The notes under the pieces are model-generated. The model made no database searches. It saw nothing but the letters and a program-made list of their open reading frames with translations, and had not been told where the DNA came from. Below are positions 35,062 to 46,337 of a stretch of DNA of 64,000 bases, piece by piece (the first letter of the stretch is position 1; every line of letters starts with the position of its first letter). Source of the DNA: Rebecca billardiae RCC1528 (taxonomy: Eukaryota; Protista; Haptophyta); contig OZ251242.1 of NCBI GenBank assembly GCA_965240325.2, forward strand, positions 558,001 through 622,000, read 5' to 3'. The translations under genes and the position numbers were made by a program.

Positions 35062-36814
35062 GGCTGCCCTCGGCCGCGGCCGCGAGCGGTGTCAGCCATG
35101 CCGCGGGCAGCGCGCGCAGCTCCAGCGGCGCGCGCGCTGCGGGAAGCGCGCCCGCGTGCGCGTCAGCAGCAGGCCAGATGCGCACGCGCACACGCAGCTG
35201 GTCGCCGTGCTCGATGTGCGCAAAGGCCACGCGCAGCTCGTACTCCTCAGCCGCGCGCAGCTCCATCGGCTCGGCTCCGGCCCCGAGCAAAGCCGGCGGT
35301 CCGCCCGCGCCGCGGCGCCGCACCTCCACCGCGCACAGGGCCGAGGGAAGCGAGCGCGAGCAGAGCGGCTCGAAGGCGTAGCGGCCGTCGAAGGGCACGC
35401 GGAGCACGGCGTCGCCGTGCGCCACGAACGCGTCGTGTCGGAAGCCCTGCGCGTCCGCCGCCTCCGGGTGCAGCGCGGGCCATTCCACCGCGTCCGAGAT
35501 GAGAGCAGCCGCCCGCGAGCTGACGGCTGCGGATGCGCTCTCGACGGCGCGCGGCGCATGCTGCACGCCGGCACACTGGCCAAGCGTCTGCACGCCCGCG
35601 TGCGCGCCCAGGGTCTGGAGGCACGCCGACGCCCGCTCCGCGCTCTCGAGCGGGAGCGTCTCGAGCAGCAGTCCGCGCTGCGCGCTCGGCTCAGCCACCG
35701 CGGAGCCGTGCGCGCTCGACTCCGCGCGGCCGCGCCCGCCCTGTGCTGCGCGCTCGGCCTGCTCGTCGGTCTTGACGCCTGTGCCGCTCGCGGGTGCCTC
35801 GAGCGCGTGCAGCTCGCACTCAAGCACGTGCACGTCCGCGCGCACGACCTCGCACCACCGACCGCCCAGGAGGACGACGTTGTCCGCGGGCGACGAGGCA
35901 AAGCCTGAGCCGCGCACCGTCACGCGCGCGCCGCCGTTCGCGCCGGCGGCGCTGTGGCTGAGCTGCGTGATCTGCGGCACGACGGTGACGAGCAGCGGCA
36001 TCGTGCGCAGATCGGTGCGGTTGCCCATCCCAGGCGCTGCGCCGTGCGTGAGCAGCACCGTGCCGTGCGCCTCCTCGTCGTCCGGATGCGCCCTCTCGAT
36101 CCGGGCGCTCAGCGGCCACTCGCCCGCCGGCAGCTGCGGCACGCGCACGTGCACGTGCCACGCGCCGTCGGCGCCGGGGCTCTTGACGCACCGCCCGGAG
36201 TGCTCTTCGGGGCGCACCTCCGCCGGGCCGACGTAGAACGATGCCTGCGCGCGCGGGCTGCTGAGCAGGTGCGCGCCGTGAAGCTCAAGCGGCAGCGTGT
36301 CGCCCTCAGCGCCGCGCAGCGTCGCATGCGGCACGCCTGGCGCGTGGCTCGGCAGGGCGAGCCGTGCGGAGGCGACGGCGAGGAGGTCTTCGGTGTACGT
36401 GACGGTGCACGTGTCGCATGCGAGCAGACGCGTCGCCCCGTCTGCGCCATCCGCGGCGAGTGCGACGCGCACGTTGTACTTGCCGGCGCGCATGGGCGGC
36501 GCGCGCGCTGCGATGAACCCGCCGCGTGGATCGGAGCGGTGGGGGAGGACCTCGGCGTGCGTCTCGCCGACGTAGACCTTGACACCTTCGTGCACGTGGG
36601 CCAGCCCCGCCAGGGCGCCCTCGGCGACGCGGATGATCAGCGTCGCGCCACCGAGGAGGCCCATGCGCGACGGCGTGACACCGACGAGCGCGGGCGGCGG
36701 CGGCCGGCTGCGCGCGGCCAAGGCGAACTCCGGCGCGTCGTGCGCGGAGAGAGCCATGGCGATGGTGATGGGGAGAAGACCGAAGGCACCGCGCAGAAAG
36801 CGCGCGGGCCGCAT
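29111..36814 (-). CDS. Large cell-surface protein: signal peptide, IPT/TIG, PA14-like, G8 and parallel beta-helix domains (fibrocystin-L/CEMIP-like), 5 tandem repeat domains with Ser-Pro linkers, C-terminal TM
   Basis: Single open frame of ~2570 aa. Motifs GGARVTVRGSGF, AEVVNLARTVTVTG, GQRGRAGRYCAHFHL, ITVHGTH and IYVEDGNE are typical of G8/PbH1 proteins. Hydrophobic segment near the C-terminus. Confidence 0.88.
29437..31838 (-). repeat. Five near-identical ~350 bp coding repeats separated by variable (SP/PPPS)n linkers
   Basis: Units at approximately 29437-29788, 29908-30262, 30382-30733, 30907-31262 and 31489-31838. Confidence 0.95.
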
Positions 36815-37945
36815 CGCGTGACGAGAGGGTGATACGCGCGCGTCGTGGACTCGCCGAGCAGCAACAGCTGCGTACAGCAGCGCGTCAATGATCGTGCGGC
36901 GGAATCGCGCGGTTGGCGGGCTGAAAGGAATGTGCACCAGTCCTTTTCGACCAATGGCGTCGTCGCCGCCGACGTGGTCGCATGAATGTTGAGCGGGTGT
37001 GAACATTCCTCCACGCTTGGCGCTGCCGACCGTTGGCACGCCCTCGGCGACTCGCGTCGGCCTCGTCCTTCATTGCCAGTCGGCTTCGTCGGGTCTCTGG
37101 CTGGTTCAGACCCAGCCGTTTCGTGGTACCCACGAACAATAAATTGCTCCGTGCGGAGCGGCTGGGAAAGTCCAGCAAGGGCCTGAAAGGAGATCCGGCC
37201 ACGAGGGCCTCGGCGTGCCGCCCGCCCTTGTGCCGACGCGCCGTCGCGCTCGCGGCTGTGACGCGTCGGCGGTCGCGCGCGCGGCTCTCGCGCGAGTCGG
37301 ATGGACGTGGATCCCTCTTCGCCGGCGCCTCCACCTGGTGAGCGGTGCTCTCCCCCCCTTCGCGCTCGCCGCGCACTGCTAGTGCTTCTGTCCCAGAGTG
37401 CGGTCTGTGCGGCACCGCGCGTACGCGTGGCCGGGCACCTCGCAAAACCTTCGCGGGCAACACTTTTGAGTGGCTGGCATGGGGGGGGGCAGTGTGTACC
37501 GTGCGCTGAGTAGCTACCCGTGTGCGAGCGCGGAGGGGCCCGCACTCTTTTTTGGCCACACGTGTCACACTGTTCCATGGCCCGTTCTACCCGTTCACCA
37601 ATTGTGTCCGTGTGCACGTACAAGTGGAGCAGGGCGGGGTGGGCGGCCCTTATCGCCGTCGGATGAGACCCAAAGATAGCATGTGCCACGCCGCACCGCG
37701 CTGCACCACCAGCCAACAATCTGGGCGGGCGGTACCGGCGATCTGCGCGGCGCGATGGGCACGGGCAGCATGCCTGCCAGCATGACGGCGAACACGGCAA
37801 ACCGCCTGCAAATCAGGTTACGCGGTCTGAACTCCGCGAATCCGGATTTCACGCACGGGAAGACCGAAACGCTTTTCCACTGGATATCGCTAGCCGCTCC
37901 GCGGGCCCGCGGAGCGGCCTCCCAAAAGGAGCGGCGGGCCTGAAC

Positions 37946-37977
37946 CAAGGGGCTTACAAATACCACTAAGCCCCTTG
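37946..37977. mobile_element. 32-bp P-type mini element or excision footprint
   Basis: 11-bp inverted ends CAAGGGGCTTA...TAAGCCCCTTG, flanked by CCTGAAC / TCTGAAC (7 bp, 1 mismatch). Confidence 0.6.
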
Positions 37978-38015
37978 TCTGAACTAGCCAGGTCGGGTCT
38001 CGGGTGGAGGCACCG

Positions 38016-39275
38016 GACTCATTCTATGATTTAACGACACAGGTAGGACGGCGCAGGTCTCCTGATTCGTCGTCGGCAGTGCCCGATCGTCGACACGAAG
38101 TCGGCGCTGGTGGCAGAGCATAGCCTGAGCCGCGATCGAATGGCTTGAGCGCGGCCTTGAGCTGCTGGAGCGCGATCCACCTGCGCTGCGCGGCTCGCAT
38201 GGACCTGCTGTGCCCCGAGCGAGGGCGAGGGTGCAGGTCCGGATGTCAGACGGCCGTCTCAGCCGCTGGGCCCTGGCGGGTGATCCGGCGGTGATGTAGT
38301 CGTCCCCGTGTGCCCTGCGCGGCCGCGTGCGCGCTTGCCGCTCTGCTCAGCTGGCTTGCTGGCGGCGGCTGGCGCTGCTGCGGCGTGCAGGGTACGCTTT
38401 GCCCCGGACTGCTGCGCATCCTCGTCGTCCGAGTCGTCGTCCATGGACGAGTCTCGGTCCGCGTGGGGGACAGCAGCTGGAGCAGGCGAAGGTGCTGCGG
38501 GCAGAGAGGCCGCCAGCCGCGCCGCCTTGCGCTCCTGGCGTTTCTCGACGGCGCGCCGCGACGAGGTGCGGCGGCTCGATGGAGATCGAATCCGCCTGCC
38601 CTGCGCGTCACGCCGAGGCCCGCGCTTCCCGCGCCGAGGCTTCTTCTTCCGCTTCTGAGAGTGCTGCTGCTTGCCGTTTGCAGCCTGCACTCCAGTACCC
38701 GAGCCCTGCGCGGCGAGCGGGCGCGCCGGCGGAGCCGACTTGCGCGCTCGGCGCGGGGCGGGATGCAGGGGAGCTTTGGAAGGCGCGCCACCACCTCCCT
38801 CGCGCCGCTGGCTGCCACCAGCGGGGGTTCCCTGTGGAGAAGCATCAGGCCCTTGCGCATCAGGCGGACGCACAGACACCGTCAGACGGACACTCCCATC
38901 TGGCAGGAGGGAGATGTGCACCGCGCGCGGGAGGCCGTCGGCGGCGGTGAGCCTTGCTGCGTCACGCCAAAGGCGGACGTAGAGGCGCACCCAACGATCC
39001 GACAGCCCCTTTCACGCCGCAGACGACCGATGACTTTATCGCAAAAAGAAATCCGCCGGATCTTTCATCATTATTGCGCGCAAGGCCAAGATCGACGCGC
39101 GAGCATAGCTACTCAGTACTCTGTACCGGCGCAGCGGCCCGGCAGGCCCCCCACAGCGACCGGCGGCGGCCCGGCAGGGCCGCCGCAGCGCGATGCTGGC
39201 GCGCCGCGCTGCCTGCCGCGCCGCCAGTAGTGATCGTAGTCAGTCATCACTGTCATCAATCATCATCATCGATCT
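38016..39275 (-). mobile_element. Longest copy of retroposon-like family R; contains a basic 243-codon ORF (38259-38990)
   Basis: Shares the terminus and ~480 bp with the copy at 5062. Candidate TSD CGGACTC (38014-38020 / 39276-39282). Right boundary tentative. Confidence 0.65.
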
Positions 39276-39319
39276 CGGACTCGCTGCCTATGGCTATGGA
39301 CTGTGGCTCCGGTCACTGT

Positions 39320-40255
39320 CCGGGACGTCCAGCAGGGGTGCATTCAGACTCTCTGGGGGGGTCTGGGGGGGGGCTCCCCCCAGCCGATCGAAGGACCAAA
39401 TACGCCTCAATAAGGCCCCAACTCGCCAGAATTCGCATAGCAGACCGTGTTCGCTGGTGTTGGCTGAGGGCTGCGTCGTGCGGCGTCGGCTCTGCGCCGA
39501 GCGGCCATGACGCATTGCACACAGCCCCGATATCGGCGCCTCCCTCGCGAGTCAAGACGTAGTGCACTGCAGGATCGAGCAACGCATTGACCGCTGCGGC
39601 GCACCGCGCAGGCCACACCGCACCTCAGCACTCGTCGAACAAGCTCTGAGCCAGCCAGCTGTGGCAGTCCTCTGAGGAGCTGCAGCCAAGCACGAGCTCG
39701 TGCGCATACCCGTGCCACCACGAGCTCACGGCGCGGCCCGGGGCGCGAGCAGCTCGAAGCCGACAAGCTCATGCGCACACCCGCACCGCCGCGAGCTCAA
39801 GGTGTGGCCGCCGGCGCGAGCAGCTCGACGCGGACAGCGCGCAGCTTGCTCGAGTCGACGAGCAGCTTCTCGCCCATCGGTGACTCTCAGTGCACGAAGG
39901 TGCACCCGGGGCGCGAGCGCGACAGGGTGCCGCGGCCAACCAGCGGATGCGCCCGGATCAAGGCCTCCAAGGCGTCTCGTCTCCTCGCCCGCTCGGCGGA
40001 GCTCCATCGTGCGAGAGACCGGTCCGGGAGCCCCAAAAAAAGTTCAGCACGATGGAGTCCTCCGTGTTCGACTGTGACGACGCGTTCAAGGACAAGGAAA
40101 CATATATATATATACGAAATCGTCTGCGGCTTCGGTTTTGAACCTGCGGCTTCGTCCGCCGCCCCGGAGATCTTTCGATTGGTACCCTCATCGCTCCCTG
40201 GCTCCCAGGGGTTCGTCTAAATGCACCCCCCCCATAGGGTCAGTGGACGTCCCTG
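39320..40255. mobile_element. Degenerate TIR DNA element (~935 bp)
   Basis: Ends CCGGGACGTCCA / TGGACGTCCCTG; subterminal IR GGGGTGCATT(C/T)AGAC at 39335 and 40215-40229; flanking direct repeat ACTGT. Confidence 0.55.
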
Positions 40256-40339
40256 ACTGTGGCTGGAGCCCTGTATGCAGCCGATTAGCCCGGTACGCAG
40301 ACGGGTACGGTAGCCGTGGTTATGGCTGCGGTACGCTCA

Positions 40340-41461
40340 TCAGGCACCGTCAGCGCGCCCGTCGCCACCCAGCGCGTGCTGCCATCCCGCGCGCTGCTCC
40401 TCCCCGCTCCGCAGCCGCCGCGCGAGTCGCGCGGCCTGCGCCGCGGCCTCCAGGTTGCCCTTGGTCGGCCTGGCGCCCTCCTCGCCCGCGTACACCGACA
40501 CGTTGAACGTGTTGCGGCACAGCAGGTGCGCCGTGGGCGTGCGCCGTGTGGGCATGTTCCACGACCAGCCGCACCTGCACGCGGTCGAGCCCGCCGGCCA
40601 GCCGCCCGAGAAGAGCTTGGGGCACGTCTGGTTGAAGAACGCCGCCGACTGCTTGAGCTGCGCGTTTGGGAAGTAGCCGGCCAGCTCGACGCGCGCCGCG
40701 GGCGAGTACTTCTCGCAGTTCGACCAGGCGATGGTCTGGTACCGGCGCTTGTGCGCCAAGCGCGCAATGTTCTGGAAGACCTCCTGCGCGCTGTGCGCCG
40801 GCCCCATCGACGCCGTCATCCGCGCCGCCGTGGTCATGCTCGGCGTGAGCATCGTGCGCCCCTGCCTGTACCACAGCCCCGAGCCGACCGCGCGGAACAT
40901 CCAGTACGCGCTGTCCTCCATCCACAGGTCCCAGTACCGGTGGGTGACCTCGACGTACGAGGCGGAGGCGTCGTGCATCGCGGCGAGGGGGCGCCCGTCG
41001 CCCACGTCCTCCGCCGTCACGTTCACCTTCTGGCACGGCAGCGGCGTGGGGTGGCGGTAGATCCACACCGTGTGGTCGGGCTGCGTCGGGAAGCCGTGCG
41101 TCCAGTACACGTCGCCCGCCGCCTTCGGGTGGGCGGGCCACGAGCAGGACTTGCGCAGGGCGGGCGGCAGGAGGCGGAGCCAGATCACCTCGACGGCCGT
41201 CTGCAGCTGGTGCGAGAACCACGCGTTCCGAGACGCGCGCAGCGCCTCGTCGGGCTCGGCGCCGTACACCCCCGCCACGTACTGATCGAGCTCGGCGCTG
41301 CCGGGCGCGAGCGCCGCCGTCAGGTTGGCGAGCGTGCAGAACGGACCCCTCGGGTGGGGCCCCGCGCTGGCCTTGATCCGGTCCCGGCGCACGTACGCCC
41401 TGCTAGAGAGCGCCAGCCACAGGAGCGCGAGCGCCAACGCCCTCATCCTGCTCGCGGCCAT
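40340..41461 (-). CDS. Hypothetical secreted protein
   Basis: Signal-peptide-like MRALALALLWLALSS; Trp/Cys-rich 373 aa ORF with coding-like codon usage. Confidence 0.75.
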   Translation of the reverse strand: MAASRMRALALALLWLALSSRAYVRRDRIKASAGPHPRGPFCTLANLTAALAPGSAELDQYVAGVYGAEPDEALRASRNAWFSHQLQTAVEVIWLRLLPPALRKSCSWPAHPKAAGDVYWTHGFPTQPDHTVWIYRHPTPLPCQKVNVTAEDVGDGRPLAAMHDASASYVEVTHRYWDLWMEDSAYWMFRAVGSGLWYRQGRTMLTPSMTTAARMTASMGPAHSAQEVFQNIARLAHKRRYQTIAWSNCEKYSPAARVELAGYFPNAQLKQSAAFFNQTCPKLFSGGWPAGSTACRCGWSWNMPTRRTPTAHLLCRNTFNVSVYAGEEGARPTKGNLEAAAQAARLARRLRSGEEQRAGWQHALGGDGRADGA

Positions 41462-41573
41462 CGTGGAAGGTGTCGTCGTCAGCGCAGTGAGCGCGCCCGG
41501 ATCTCAGATCGTCTGCGCCTCCCGGCCTCTGGCTCTGCGGCTCTGCAGTCTGCGCTGCTGAATCCGGCCTCCG

Positions 41574-41625
41574 GGGCGACGACGTCCCCCATATGGGGGA
41601 CGTCGTCGCCCATATGGGGGACGTC
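41574..41625. repeat. Perfect 38-bp palindrome with partial direct duplication
   Basis: GGGCGACGACGTCCCCCAT|ATGGGGGACGTCGTCGCCC, followed by a second CATATGGGGGACGTC. Confidence 0.9.
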
Positions 41626-41841
41626 CCACGGACACATGTACTACGTCTGAGAATGTCTACCGCCGCGCGTGTCCGGCTCTCCGGGACATGCACAACATCA
41701 ACGTCGTATAGAGATATTATTGTCGTCAGTGCGTTGTCACGTTGTGTTGACGACGCACTCGGACCTTGACCGAGTCGACGCCGGACGCGCTCCCGACTCA
41801 GACTGACACTCTGTGTCTGAGACTCTGTGTGCCGCGCGGGC

Positions 41842-42924
41842 TCACGAGTTCACGTCGACGAGCCCGTTGTCGATGCAGTACTGCACGTACTCCGTGTGCA
41901 GCTCCATCGGGTCGTCGAAGCCCTTGGAGACGCACAGCTGCGAGTAGTTGTACCAGAAGCCGTTGCGCCACTTGAACTCCTTCATCGCGGTCGGGAAGTC
42001 CTCCACGGCGCGCGCGTACGCGCGCAGCCGCTCCTCCAGGCCGTTGGGCGGCGCGGCGGAGAGCATCGTGCGCGACGAGTAGCCCAGCTGGCGCACCATC
42101 GTCTCGAGCTGCGACGAGTAGTACTTCTCCACCTGCCCGACCGTGAGCGGCTTGCCGCCCATGTGCGACGCCGCGGTGCCGATCACCATGAACGCGCACA
42201 GCCAGATGTGCTTCTCGATGTTGGCGCGGCGGAAGTCGCGCTTGTTCAGCACCTTGCACGAGAGCTCGCCGCGCGCGAGCCGCTGCTGCATGGCGTACGC
42301 CCACTTGCCCGTCGCCGACGTGAGCCCCTCCGGGTTGGTGTCGGTCAGGCCGTCGATCGGCGCGGCGCCCAGCTTGGGCACCGCAAAGTAGATGTTCACC
42401 TGCGAGTTCTCGGTCATGGCGTACCGCTTGAGCAGGGGCTCGATCATCGGGTTCTGCAGGAACACCAGGTCGTCCCGCTTCGACTCGGGGCACCCGTCGA
42501 TGATCGCCGCGAGGTCGTCGTTGCGCGTGGCGACGTAGATGGGGCCTTCAAAGTCCTCCGGGATCGGGTCTCCGCGCTTGAGCAGGATGTCGCCCTCCAT
42601 GCCGCACAGCTCGTACAGGGTCTGCCCGATGCGCCCAGCGCCGAGGATCGCCGACGGGCAGTCGTCCATCTCGGGGTACTTCTCGCCGTCGCGCAGGAAT
42701 TCCATGTACTCGATCGTGGGCCGCGAGTCGGAGTACATCATGCGCAGCCCAGCCGCGCGCGCGCGCCCGCCGCGGGCGACGGGCGCGCGAAGGGCGGGCC
42801 TGGGCCGCGCCGCGGCAGGGAGGGCGCCCACACGCGTGGAGACCACCCTCCGGCCGAGCGACACCGCGGGCCACATGCTCAGCGCGAGCGCGAGCGCGCC
42901 GCGGCAGCGCGAGCCGCCCGGCAT
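41842..42924 (-). CDS. Ketopantoate-reductase-like Rossmann protein, probably plastid-targeted
   Basis: ILGAGRIG, IYVATRNDDL, DLVFLQN, EKHIWLCAFM. The N-terminus has a signal peptide followed by an Arg/Ala-rich transit-like region. Confidence 0.75.
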   Translation of the reverse strand: MPGGSRCRGALALALSMWPAVSLGRRVVSTRVGALPAAARPRPALRAPVARGGRARAAGLRMMYSDSRPTIEYMEFLRDGEKYPEMDDCPSAILGAGRIGQTLYELCGMEGDILLKRGDPIPEDFEGPIYVATRNDDLAAIIDGCPESKRDDLVFLQNPMIEPLLKRYAMTENSQVNIYFAVPKLGAAPIDGLTDTNPEGLTSATGKWAYAMQQRLARGELSCKVLNKRDFRRANIEKHIWLCAFMVIGTAASHMGGKPLTVGQVEKYYSSQLETMVRQLGYSSRTMLSAAPPNGLEERLRAYARAVEDFPTAMKEFKWRNGFWYNYSQLCVSKGFDDPMELHTEYVQYCIDNGLVDVNS

Positions 42925-43544
42925 GATCTGGGCGTCGTGATTACGACAGCGATGACGAGGTCGTCCGACCGAGCCCCGACGGCGCCCCAACCGCACTGGC
43001 AAGGACGAGAGTCTGAGTGAGTCTCACAGTCCGCCGCAGCATCGTCACATTCAACATGCTGTTCGTTCAAATGATTGTACAGTACATCGGGCCACACATG
43101 CAGTAGCTCATCAGTCATCATCAGACGGTGTTCGACACGCGTTACGAAACTGTATAGTCTGTACTCACGCGCGGTTGTGCTACAGCCACCGCGCCCACAT
43201 CATCAGGCTAATAATAATCCGTCACAGCTCATGCAGGTCATGCGCAGTCTCGGCCCGTCGGGTGCTGTCTGAGACTCTGAGACGCCTGCCGACAGCGTCG
43301 GAGTGACTCAGGCAGCGCACAGCGCCGGAGGAGTGATCGTCGCGCAGATCCGACGACGAGTCGTCGGATCGCACTGCTTCGCAGGCAGCTCACATATACC
43401 ATTCAGGCGGGCATTGCCGGGTTGCACCCGGCAATGCTGCATTCACCCCGGTCCTACCGGAATGCAGGGCTCGCCCCGCTGGCCTACAGCTCTGTGACCA
43501 GTCAGCGCCGCGCGCCACATAACAGGCCACCACGACTTCATCAA

Positions 43545-43990
43545 TACTGCTGCACGCATGATGGTACCAGTAGTGACAGAGTACTGGCGGTACCGTGCTG
43601 CGCGCATGGTATGGTACTGCTGCGTGCATGATGGTATGGTACTGCTGCGCGCATGGTATGGTACTGCTGTGCGCATGGTAGTATGGTACTCTGCTGCACG
43701 CATGATCAGGTATGTACTGCTGCTGCGCGCATGGTATGGTACTGCCGCGTGCATGGTATGGTACTGCTGCACGCATGATGGTATGGTACTGGCGGTACTG
43801 CTGCGCGCATGGTATGGCACTGCTGTGCGCATGGTATGGCGGTACTGCTGCGTGCATGGTATGCCGTACTGCAGTGCACGCAAGAAACAAGCGCGCAGGT
43901 GGTGGGAGAAGCAAGCAGAAGCAAGCGCGCAGGTGGTGGGAGTGCTCGCAGGTGGTGGGAGAAGCAAGAAGCAGCAGCTCGAAGCAGCAG
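43545..43990. repeat. Minisatellite of GCATGGTATGGTACTGCTGC-type units (22-30 bp), then GCAGGTGGTGGGAG repeats
   Basis: About a dozen imperfect units at 43545-43880, and three units of the second motif at 43890-43970. Confidence 0.9.
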
Positions 43991-44179
43991 GCACTCCGAT
44001 GCGGCACCTCCCGAAGCTGCTGCATCCTTCTGACCGCCCGCGGTTTGCGGACGAAGCGCCCGCGACTGCGAGCCGCACGCGCACGCGGTGCGCGCAGCGG
44101 TCATGGCGCTGGGTCCGGCGAGCAGCCGGGGTGAGGTTCAGGTACGAGGGGCACACACTATTCCGCATGCGCCTTGGCA

Positions 44180-45345
44180 CCGACCACGCGCCGCATCCAC
44201 TGGGAGATCTGCGGCCGCAAGAAGCGCGCGCCTTGGCGAGGGCGAAGCATCGTAGACCCGCCTGCGCGCAGTGCTTCCGCACCGCCGGCGGGGCGGTCCG
44301 GCACTTTAACTTTGCTTGGTGTTTGTCCGGCTTCCTCAGCATCATGACATCATCACAGTCCTCACTCCTTCACCGATCACTGTGCACCGATCTCTTGAAG
44401 GGAGCGAGCAACGGAGGACGAAGCTGAAGCACCTAGTCATGGGTCCTTGCTCTCTTGCCGAACCGTGAGGAACCGGAAGCAACCGAGAGGAAGCTGAAAG
44501 CAGTGCAAAGCACCTTCACTGGTCCTTGCTCTCTCCAGCTTCATGTTGACCGGTTTCCAAGCAACCGGGAGGAACCGAAGCATACGGGGAGGCCAAGGGT
44601 GGTCAGGGTCGCCGACTCCAGCGGAGTCCGGCGCCGGAACTTCAGCACCGATTTTTTGCGGCGGCGCGGCGTGCGGGGCCGCTGCCGCTGTGGCGGGCCG
44701 CTCGGGGCGTGCACGGCGTGGGCTCGTGCGGCCGCTGCCGCGCACGCCGAGCGATCCGGCGCGGGCTCGCGGCTTGTCGATGGCCTCGCGCGCCGCAGCG
44801 CGGCGCGCGCCTTGCCTAGCTTCGCCTGTCTCGCGCCTTGGCCGCCGTGCACGCGTGCGCCGCCAAACCGCAAGCTCGGCATAGCTCTCAGCCGAGCGTG
44901 CACGTGCCTTGCGCGACGCGACGCGGGCATTGCCAGCGGGCGATGTAGCCGTAGTGCGAGCCGACCACGCGCCGCATCCACTGGGAGATCCGCGGCCGCA
45001 AGGAGCGCGCGCCTTTGGCGAGGGCGCCCGCGATCCCGCATCCCGGCCCGGGGCGGTCCGGCACTGCTTGTTTGGTGTTGTCCGGCTTCCTCAGCTCATT
45101 CATCACTCCAGCTCATCATCACTGCGCACCGATCTCATGAAGGGAGCGAGCAACCGGAGGAGGCTGAAGCACCTTCGTGGCAAGGCGGTCCTTGCTCTCT
45201 TGCCGAACCGTGAGGAACCGGAAGCAACCGAGAGGAAGCTGAAAGCAGTGTGAAGCACCTTCACTGGTCCTTGCTCTCTCCAGCTTCATGTTGACCGGTT
45301 TCCAAGCTAAACCGGGAGGAACCGGTTGGAAGCATACGGGGAGGC
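44180..45345. repeat. Diverged ~400 bp direct repeats (44180-44594 and 44961-45345)
   Basis: Long shared blocks, e.g. GGTCCTTGCTCTCTTGCCGAACCGTGAGGAACCGGAAGCAACCGAGAGGAAGCTGAAAGCAGTG. Confidence 0.88.
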
Positions 45346-45370
45346 TCGCTTATTAGTCGCTTTCGCCTTT

Positions 45371-45588
45371 CATGATTCATCGGCTTCCGTGTGTTCATCA
45401 TCACCAGCTGTTCATCATCGGTTCAGAACTTGATCAGTTGGTGCCCAGTACATGTAAGCGGTACTGCCATGATTCATCATCGGCTTCCGTGTGTCATCAG
45501 CAAGCTGTTCATCCAAAGATGGTCCTTTTGGTTCATCATCGGTTCAGAACTTGATCAGTTTGTGCCCAGTACACATGTAAGCGGTACC
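45371..45588. repeat. Two-copy tandem repeat of ~100-120 bp
   Basis: CATGATTCATC...GGTTCAGAACTTGATCAGTT...CATGTAAGCGGTAC occurs twice. Confidence 0.85.
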
Positions 45589-46037
45589 GCACCAAGGCAG
45601 CCCCTGACCGTACAGTAGCTACTCCATCCCTTGAATCATCATCATCATCACATTTCTTGCTGTTACCGCGGACGTAGCTGGGGGAGTCGACTGCTGACAG
45701 ATTGCACGAAAAAACCGTTGGCCCCAATTGGGATCTGACTAAACTGTATTCCTCGGGATACCTATTGGAAGGCCATCAACTTTGTAAGAATCACCGGACT
45801 TCGCGTGTCCTACCGGAAAACTCGCTCCGCTCGCATGCTTGTTCTTACAGAACAACCAATGCGAGCGGGGCTCGCGATAAACTTTGCATGCCGCCACAAT
45901 AAGCGCCGCCCAGGTCGAAGGACGGCCAGCGCGGCATGACGTCACGGCGCAGTGCGACTGCGACTTGCGGCGAACGCTTGGTCTGAGCGAGCGCGCCGCG
46001 ATGACCATGAGCGTCCGGCAGCGCCAGGCTCCTCGGC

Positions 46038-46051
46038 CTAGCGCCGCCGCC

Positions 46052-46088
<37 letters not shown>

Positions 46089-46304
46089 CTGCTGCCCGCC
46101 CTCCCATCGGTCGCTGTCGCCACCGCCACCGCCACCCCGCCGGCCGCGACCGTCGCGCCGCTCGTTCCCGCCGCGCGGGGCGGCGGACGGCGGCGGCGGC
46201 GGCGGCGGGAGCCCACCGTCGCGATCGTGGGCGCCGCCCTTGCCGCCGCCAGAGGGCGGCGGCGGCGGCGGCGGCGGCGCGGCCATGCGACCGCCCTTGC
46301 CGGG

Positions 46305-46337
<33 letters not shown>

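Noticed and set aside
37946-37987. Helitron 3' end (hairpin followed by CTAG)
   Set aside because: CTAG is not followed by T, and the CAAGG ends with a 7-bp flanking repeat explain the hairpin better.
43545-43880. CRISPR-like array
   Set aside because: The repeats are contiguous and degenerate with no unique spacers, there are no cas genes, and the context is eukaryotic.
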